From positions 28,685 to 92,684 of the forward strand of contig PNJU01000004.1 of NCBI GenBank assembly GCA_013822015.1: a stretch of 64,000 bases of DNA, given 5' to 3'. The position numbers and the translations under genes are program-made. Below are positions 58,100 through 64,000 of the stretch, piece by piece (position 1 is the first letter of the stretch; each line of letters opens with the position of its first letter). Source of the DNA: Candidatus Puniceispirillum sp. (lineage in GTDB: Bacteria > Pseudomonadota > Alphaproteobacteria > Caedimonadales > UBA1908). The notes below the pieces were generated by a model. That model saw only the letters and a list, made by a program, of their open reading frames with translations, made no database searches and had not been told where the DNA came from.

Positions 58100-59324
58100 A
58101 TAAATTTGGGTTACTGATTTTTTCTTGAGGAATGACCATGATCACAAGGGCCGCGTTCACAAGCCTATTGCTTAAGAAGCTGAGGTTGGGCGCGATATTC
58201 ACACAGGATTTGTTGCGTGCGGTGTAGGGATAAATGCCCCCATAAAGAGGCACATTGGACCAAATGCCACCGCGCCGGCCATCATCTTCGCGCAAATATG
58301 TCTCGACGTTTTCTGGGACAGCGTCAAACAGAGGCCTGGGGTCAAGCATTGACACCGTTTGGTCGCCAGGATGCGTATGGGTAAAGGTGCTTAAGATGAC
58401 GCGCTTGATGTGCCCACACCCAGACAAAAGGTCCATGGCCTGGGCTTCTTCATCTGCTGCTAGAACTGGAAGCTGCAGGGTCTCGAGGCGGGTAAGCTTT
58501 GGCAAGATTTCTTTGAGTGTCTCAAGGAGGGAACAGGGCGCGCCCCTTTTCGTGAAATAAGAGCCGTCCCTGCTGATAGCCAGGGAGCGCAGATTTTGAA
58601 AGGCGCCAATGGCTTTGAGGTGCTCTCCTTTGACCTGTGGGGAGTAAGGCAAATCAGGCTCCCAAGCAATATCTTGAGTCACAATATGGTGCGCGTCCTC
58701 AATGCCTTCTAAAGATGCACACAAAGATGTCACAAGGAGTGCATAGGGTTTAAGACAGGGATTGCATTCTTTGAAGAAACAGTTCCACCTGAAAAATGCA
58801 AAATCTTCAAGTTGTTGGGGGAGAGCGTCCGGGTAGGCCGTTACAAAGGTGTGAGAGAACTGCCCTGGTTCTTGGGACCCAAGATTTTGCATCCACGTGT
58901 CCCACTGAGCCTCAAACGCGGCACGCAGGACATTTTGCGCCTTGGAAAACTGATAAATTTTTTGATGTAACTCGGGCGAGATATCGTCCGGCGTCATAAG
59001 CTGTAAGCTCTCTTTTTCTCTGTCACCTACGCAATCATCACTTTTTCTATCTGCAAGCCATGCGCGCGTATGATCCAAAAGCGCTTCATGGGACATGTCC
59101 CCGAAGGAGCCAGAAGACTTGAAAATGCCCTCGAGGGCCTCCTCCCATGACTGTGCGCCTGGAGCGTATTTGCTCACAAAGTCCAGGGTGAACTTGTGAG
59201 CCGCCATGGTGCGAACGGACCCGTATTCTTTGTCCTGGGGTATTTCATAGACGTCCTTGGAGGAGCCGTGACAAGGCGCGGAAAGCAGAAATGGTCCAAC
59301 AAATAGAAAGCGCAATTTTTTCAT
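58098..59324 (-). CDS. Hypothetical exported protein, paralog A (LRR-like C-terminal segment)
   Basis: 408 aa from the ATG at 59324 (MKKLRFLFVGPFLLSAPCHG signal peptide). Colinear with the next gene. Confidence 0.7.
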   Translation of the reverse strand: MKKLRFLFVGPFLLSAPCHGSSKDVYEIPQDKEYGSVRTMAAHKFTLDFVSKYAPGAQSWEEALEGIFKSSGSFGDMSHEALLDHTRAWLADRKSDDCVGDREKESLQLMTPDDISPELHQKIYQFSKAQNVLRAAFEAQWDTWMQNLGSQEPGQFSHTFVTAYPDALPQQLEDFAFFRWNCFFKECNPCLKPYALLVTSLCASLEGIEDAHHIVTQDIAWEPDLPYSPQVKGEHLKAIGAFQNLRSLAISRDGSYFTKRGAPCSLLETLKEILPKLTRLETLQLPVLAADEEAQAMDLLSGCGHIKRVILSTFTHTHPGDQTVSMLDPRPLFDAVPENVETYLREDDGRRGGIWSNVPLYGGIYPYTARNKSCVNIAPNLSFLSNRLVNAALVIMVIPQEKISNPNL

Positions 59325-59587
59325 AGGTTTTTCTCCACATTTTCTGATGTTTGCCAAATTTATCTCTGGCGCATAAATATAAGCAAAAAGCATGCCAGTC
59401 ATTTTAATTATCGACAAGTATTTGTTTTTTTGGGTGATATTAAGATTTTCTTGCTTAAGTGCTTATTTTATTTCTTATTATAGGTGCAAGAGAGGAGTAA
59501 TCGTTGCGCAACAGGGGACTGTTTCTCCGGCGGCGGTACAGTAAGCATTTCGCTAGAAATGTGGATAGATTCGGTTCTATGGAAAGA

Positions 59588-59618
59588 TGCGCGCCGCAAT
59601 GGTTGATGCAGCGCGCCC
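59588..59618. repeat. Copy of the GCGCGCCGCAA...TGCAGCGCGCC hairpin downstream of paralog B
   Basis: GCGCGCCGCAA-N7-TGCAGCGCGCC, matching the arms of the element at 58068-58099. Confidence 0.4.
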
Positions 59619-59638
59619 ATAAGTCTTGAGGGTGCGTC

Positions 59639-60835
59639 TTATTGTTGTTCAATGACCAAATCAAGAAGGGCGCTGTTCACGCGCCAGTCACTGAGAATGT
59701 CGAGGTGAGGGGCCACAGGCACGTAAGATTTTGTGTGGGGCGCGTAAGGATAGACGCCTCCACTCTTTGGTGCTACGGACCATGCGCCACGGTGCAATGT
59801 GCCTTCTTCGCGAAGGTACGGCGCCGCACCTTTTGGCAGGGCGTCAAACAGGACTTCCGGATCAAGGGTTTCCTGTGCGCCAGGAAGATCCTCCATAAAG
59901 CGGCTTAGAATCACCTGTTTCAAATGGCCGCACACGGACAAGAGGTCTTTTGCTTGATCTTCTTCCCACACACCAAGGACGGGAAGCTGAAGGGTTTCAA
60001 GGTTGCGCAGGTGCGGCAAAATTTCCTTCAAGGTTTCAAGAAGGGGCCAGGGCTGTACCTCTTTTGTGAAGTAAGATGGCTCCCTGACGAGAAGGAGTGT
60101 ACGCAGGTCTTGAAGAGCCCTCATTTCATGAAGATGCTCAACTTTCAGCTGGGAGATATAAGGCAGACCCGTTTGGGTCGCGATATCTTGCCGGACGATA
60201 TGGCGCGCTGCTTCTAAACCTTCCAAGGACATACATAGAGGCGCACCAATAAGCACATGGGGGGTGAGGGTAGGCTCCCACTCCCTGGTGAGGGCTGGCA
60301 TCACATAAAATGAAAAATCCTCAAATTTGTTGGGCAAAGCCTCGGGGTTGGCCAACAAGAAGGCCGCACAGAAGGCACCCGGCTCTTGTGGGCCAAGATG
60401 TTGCCTCCACGCATCCCACTGCGCTTCAAAGGCTGCACGCATGGTATTTTGCGCATTGGAAAACCTGTAAATTCTGCGCTGAAGCTCTGGTGAGATGTCA
60501 CGCACCGTTAAACCGGGCAGCTGATTCTTTTGCAGGAGACCGATGGCGGGATCTGTCGCTCTCTCTTCAAGCCACCCGCGCGCATAGTCCTCAAGATCCT
60601 CTTGGAGTAGTGATTTTTTTGGCGGGTGTGCGTCAAAGATTTTTTCTAAGGCGTCCTCCCATGTCTGGGCATATGCGGCGTGTTTTCTGACAAAATCCAG
60701 CACAAACTTGTGGGCAGTCCTGACCCGCAGGGGGGTGTATTCTTTGTCTTGTGCTGCGTCTGCGATTTCACCCAACGATCCATGGGACGGCGTTAAAAGG
60801 AAAAATGGTAATATTAATAGAAGCAGTTTTTTCAT
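59639..60835 (-). CDS. Hypothetical exported protein, paralog B (LRR-like C-terminal segment)
   Basis: 398 aa from the ATG at 60835 (MKKLLLLILPFFLLTPSHG signal peptide). The 521-aa track ORF is an over-extension into the upstream gene. Confidence 0.7.
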   Translation of the reverse strand: MKKLLLLILPFFLLTPSHGSLGEIADAAQDKEYTPLRVRTAHKFVLDFVRKHAAYAQTWEDALEKIFDAHPPKKSLLQEDLEDYARGWLEERATDPAIGLLQKNQLPGLTVRDISPELQRRIYRFSNAQNTMRAAFEAQWDAWRQHLGPQEPGAFCAAFLLANPEALPNKFEDFSFYVMPALTREWEPTLTPHVLIGAPLCMSLEGLEAARHIVRQDIATQTGLPYISQLKVEHLHEMRALQDLRTLLLVREPSYFTKEVQPWPLLETLKEILPHLRNLETLQLPVLGVWEEDQAKDLLSVCGHLKQVILSRFMEDLPGAQETLDPEVLFDALPKGAAPYLREEGTLHRGAWSVAPKSGGVYPYAPHTKSYVPVAPHLDILSDWRVNSALLDLVIEQQ

Positions 60836-60932
60836 GGTTTCTCTCCTTGTTTGTGAGGAGCCCTTTTTGTTTGGGGCGCGCGTATGAATGCAAGAAGTGG
60901 ACCACTTTGAATGGTAAGGAATAAGCGTTTGC

Positions 60933-62123
60933 TTATAAGGTGCTTTTTTGAAACCACGCCGCAAGGGGCTCCCAGATAAGGGACGGGGCGCGCTTGGACG
61001 CAAAGGTGCCCACGTGTCCCATGGTGGGGGTGAGGGGAGGTGTGCCAAGGTACGAGGCCAGGGGCAGGGTGCACGCACTTGGCACAATGCGGTCCAGTGT
61101 AGGGGCAACCATGAAGGTGTTTTGGAAGAAATCCTTCCTGAGGGGTGTTCCCAAAACCTGGTTTGTGCTGAAGAGCGTGTTTCGGGTATAAAATGTGTCC
61201 ACACATTCTTTCAGCAGATCCCACTGAAGGGGGCGCAAATCACACAGCCACGCTTCTAAGCGGGCAAACAAAGGATCCACGGGCCCTGAACCTTTGCCAA
61301 GCTCCTGGTATTTACGCTGGATGGCGCGGGGCTCCAAAAGATGGAAAGGAAGTTGAAGGGCCCAGGAGGGGGCAAGGTCCCTTCGCTGGGTAAAGGGGTT
61401 CTCAAAAAAGCGCGTGCTCAAGGGAAGAGTGCACCTTTGAAAATCCCAGGGCGTTGCAAAAAGAACGGTGCCAGCCAGGGGACTTTTCAGCTGACCGGCG
61501 CCGGCCAGGGCAAGAAGTCCACCCATGCAAAAGCCGCCCACAAAAAGGGGGGAACGTGTGTTTTCTTGTGCAAAGCGCAGCGCCTTTGCGGCCGCGTCCG
61601 CGTAATCCAAAAGGGCCGGACTTTTGCCCAAGGGAGCGCGCCAATCCACAAAAAGACTCTCCACACCGCGTGCTTTTAAAAAGCTTGCCAAAGAGTGACG
61701 GGCATCGAGATCAAAAATATGAGAGGTGTTAAGGAGTGAGGGCATCCATACACAGGTGGCCATCGGTGTGGCGAGCCTATTTTCTTGGGCGGACAAACGC
61801 GCGAAGGGAGCCTCCCAAAGGAGAGAACGCTTAGGCGTTTCAAGGGTTTTGAGTGCCTCATGGAAGCGGGCCACACCTTTATAAAAATCTTGGGCGCGCT
61901 GGGCGGCTTGGGCCATAAGATTTGTGCTTTGATCCTTGTAAGATCCGCCGTTAAGGCGTGCAAGGGAGGCCCACGCAGCTAATGCGCTTGAGGCCATGTG
62001 TTGTGTGTGCAGCTGAATAAGAAAGGGGTGAAGGGTTCCCCCATGCGCCTTACTCACTCGCTTCATCTTCTCCAGGGACACCTTGGGTGAGGGTCGCCAT
62101 GGTTGCGTGGCACAGGTCCACAA
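60933..62123 (-). CDS. PhaC-like alpha/beta-fold protein (class III PHA-synthase-like); 5-prime end unresolved
   Basis: G-x-C-x-G-G box (VGGFCMGG), TPWDF, DRIVP and GHVG, consistent with a Cys-Asp-His triad. There is no ATG before 62066, and an upstream 52-codon ORF lies in another frame. Confidence 0.65.
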   Translation of the reverse strand: MWTCATQPWRPSPKVSLEKMKRVSKAHGGTLHPFLIQLHTQHMASSALAAWASLARLNGGSYKDQSTNLMAQAAQRAQDFYKGVARFHEALKTLETPKRSLLWEAPFARLSAQENRLATPMATCVWMPSLLNTSHIFDLDARHSLASFLKARGVESLFVDWRAPLGKSPALLDYADAAAKALRFAQENTRSPLFVGGFCMGGLLALAGAGQLKSPLAGTVLFATPWDFQRCTLPLSTRFFENPFTQRRDLAPSWALQLPFHLLEPRAIQRKYQELGKGSGPVDPLFARLEAWLCDLRPLQWDLLKECVDTFYTRNTLFSTNQVLGTPLRKDFFQNTFMVAPTLDRIVPSACTLPLASYLGTPPLTPTMGHVGTFASKRAPSLIWEPLAAWFQKSTL

Positions 62124-62297
62124 ACTTATCCTGAAGCTCAGGATTGAGCAGAGTTCTGCTCATGATATCTCCCCAGAAATCCAAATATTTTGACGTTAAG
62201 TCGTCCATGCGTGTACCCCCTTTTATCATCTGCGATCACGACTATAGACGAGTCGGGGGCATGGGAAAAGCCCCCTTGATCGCGCGCCTCTTTCTGC

Positions 62298-63401
62298 TTA
62301 CTCCTGGGTAAATTTGTTGTAATGAGCGTTATAGAATACTTCCTTAAGAAGTGTTAACAGGGGTTTATTTGCTTGCGTCAGAATCATAAGTGGTGGCGGC
62401 ATTTTTTCGGCACGCGCAATGATATTATGTAGTTGCAGCGATGTTAATTTATACGCGTCTTCTTGAGACGTCACGAAGGTCTTCCAAGAAAAGGGCACTT
62501 GATACATTGGGGGAGTCACAAAGGCTTGAAGGATGCCTATAACAATAGGCCTATCATATTCTTGAAAGTTTTTAAGGCGGTTCAGCGTGTTTCTTAATTG
62601 CCGAAGCTTGTCTTGATCTTCCGCAGAAAGAGTCGCCACGTAAGTGTTGTTATGCAACGCACTGGAACAGCGGCTCTTTAATGCGCTTAGGGAGCCATCG
62701 TACAGGTTCGTTGCCAGCGCTATGCCTAGGTAGTTCCAAGCTTCGTCTGTCTCTATGCTCGCTAAGGTGAGATGGGGTAATACCCTCTCTCCAAACTGTG
62801 TGTGGGTGTTCGGTTTTGTGTGTGCATGGGACGCTGAAGGTGACGCCGCGTTAAAAGCCGCAGGTAAAGGGGCTGTCTTATGAATTTTGAAGTGTATGAG
62901 CAGGGGGTCTGCGGGTGTTTTTTGAGTCTTTTCTTGCTGTTGCGTATGTTTGTTGACCCTAATGGCCGCATTCTTGAGGCATTGCAGCGTGGAGGTGAGG
63001 GCTTCGGGAAACGTGCCCTTTTTCTTTAAGATGGCGCGACATCTACTGAAAAGAAGGCTTGGGCTTCCTTGAAATTCTTTGGCAAGCATTTGTGCAAACT
63101 CTTCCCACTTTTGAGGCGTCTCAGGACAGTGATGTGTCAGATATGGTGTGAGCGCGCTCAAGAAACGAGTGATACTTTCTTGTGTGAGAGATTCACGGTG
63201 ATGAAGGGTATAAGGGCGTGGTTCTGGGGAGGAATCTGCTACTTTTGACGCCGTAGATACTTGGCCTGCAGGAGGCTCTTGCGCGCCGGTGGGGGCCGCG
63301 TGTCTCAACGATAGAAGGGTCAGTGCAGTATCGGCCAGCATCTCATCACTGGCATGGAGGTTGCAGGTACACAATAGGAGAAAAAGGATAGATTTGTTCA
63401 T
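62298..63401 (-). CDS. Hypothetical exported protein with an internal two-fold repeat
   Basis: 367 aa with signal peptide MNKSILFLLLCTCNLHA. No family recognised. Confidence 0.6.
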   Translation of the reverse strand: MNKSILFLLLCTCNLHASDEMLADTALTLLSLRHAAPTGAQEPPAGQVSTASKVADSSPEPRPYTLHHRESLTQESITRFLSALTPYLTHHCPETPQKWEEFAQMLAKEFQGSPSLLFSRCRAILKKKGTFPEALTSTLQCLKNAAIRVNKHTQQQEKTQKTPADPLLIHFKIHKTAPLPAAFNAASPSASHAHTKPNTHTQFGERVLPHLTLASIETDEAWNYLGIALATNLYDGSLSALKSRCSSALHNNTYVATLSAEDQDKLRQLRNTLNRLKNFQEYDRPIVIGILQAFVTPPMYQVPFSWKTFVTSQEDAYKLTSLQLHNIIARAEKMPPPLMILTQANKPLLTLLKEVFYNAHYNKFTQE

Positions 63402-63515
63402 TTAATGTCAAAAAAATAAAAATCGGAACCCAAGTCCGCATTAGAGGATTTTTTGTTTTGTGTCAATATGGCCTTATTGGTGTGCTTTATGGATGTTCTG
63501 TGTGAGGTGTGGACA

Positions 63516-63947
63516 CTAAAGATATTTCCCTAAATTCACATGGCGTACGCTCTGGACGCCACCCTCATCGAAGTCCATGTCCGTGTAACCGCGCTTACGG
63601 TAGAAAGGCACGGCGTCCTGCCACCCATGGAGCTTTAAGATGCGCCGGCCTTGTTCTCTGGTCCATCTTTCAAGAAGTGCGAGCATGTGCCCAGCATATC
63701 CTTGGTTTTGAAAGGCGGGGTCCGTGACTAAGGCGCGCAGAGCTGCCTCACGCGCGTCTAAGAACTCAATGCCCGCAATGGTCACAATACGCGTTCCCTT
63801 GCATAGCACAAAGTGGGTCACGTTTGGGTCGCTCAGGCTAGGGTGGTTGGGGTCATAGACAATGCCGGCACGGTCAAAAAGGTGCTCCTTGCGTAGGGCG
63901 TGGTACCTCTCCCATTCGTAAGTATGGGTGCACACCCGCAGGCACAC
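63516..63947 (-). CDS. GNAT-family N-acetyltransferase (5-prime end uncertain)
   Basis: Acetyl-CoA motif ALVTDPAFQNQGYAGHML and PFYRKRGY. The only start is a GTG at 63947, and the frame stays open to the window edge at 64000. Confidence 0.7.
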   Translation of the reverse strand: MCLRVCTHTYEWERYHALRKEHLFDRAGIVYDPNHPSLSDPNVTHFVLCKGTRIVTIAGIEFLDAREAALRALVTDPAFQNQGYAGHMLALLERWTREQGRRILKLHGWQDAVPFYRKRGYTDMDFDEGGVQSVRHVNLGKYL

Positions 63948-64000
63948 CCCGTCAAAGCCCGCCTTATCAAGTACGCCGCGAATGAAGGCGTCTTTACCCA

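Noticed and set aside
60836-61204. 123-codon N-terminal extension of paralog B (521-aa track ORF)
   Set aside because: It is Pro/Ser/Arg-rich with no signal and overlaps the 3-prime end of the PhaC-like gene. The ATG at 60835 gives an MKKL signal peptide that matches paralog A.
62298-63401. Impression that the W-x3-A-x2-L...SRC(R/S) repeats are Myb/SANT-like
   Set aside because: The spacing does not fit the Myb tryptophan periodicity, and I cannot verify it without a profile search. I kept it only as an internal repeat.
1-64000. Scan for CRISPR arrays, IS elements or transposases, prophage integrases, and rRNA
   Set aside because: No regularly spaced direct repeats, no transposase or phage-integrase-like ORFs (xerD is the housekeeping recombinase), and no rRNA-like sequence were seen.

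Overview
This 64-kb window reads as a chromosomal segment of an alphaproteobacterium with moderate GC content. That call rests on the split pdhA/pdhB E1 genes, the hemE-linked origin layout and an alpha-type parS. About 60 protein genes and two tRNAs can be supported.

The left third is an origin-proximal housekeeping block. It runs rpmB, yhhQ-tgt, parB-parA-rsmG (with two perfect parS palindromes inside rsmG), rho, hemJ-hemE, a non-coding gap with clustered DnaA and CtrA-type boxes that I propose is oriC, pdhABC, rplS-trmD-rimM-rpsP and ffh.

The remainder mixes core genes with accessory-looking patches. The core genes are trxB, dapD, rnhA, rnhB, dnaG-rpoD, rne, xerD, aroK and uvrA.

The accessory patches worth a second look are:
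- An intact but orphan T6SS baseplate pair, tssF-tssG. It is preceded by a signal-peptide HAD-like protein and faces a divergent secreted protein with a tandem 59-aa repeat whose helices resemble eukaryotic ubiquitin-binding (MIU/UIM-type) motifs.
- A tight tlpA-like / unknown 633-aa repeat protein / trxB / J-protein operon.
- A 923-aa DEAH helicase with an apparent internal TM hairpin.
- A block at 58-63.4 kb holding two tandem paralogous secreted LRR-like proteins, a PhaC-like hydrolase whose N-terminus seems to sit in another frame, and another secreted repeat protein.

The secreted, eukaryote-like content together with the yhhQ-tgt salvage pair suggests a host-associated lifestyle. That is inference only.

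No CRISPR array, transposase, integrase (other than xerD) or rRNA was seen. All functional calls come from motif recognition by eye; no searches were run.
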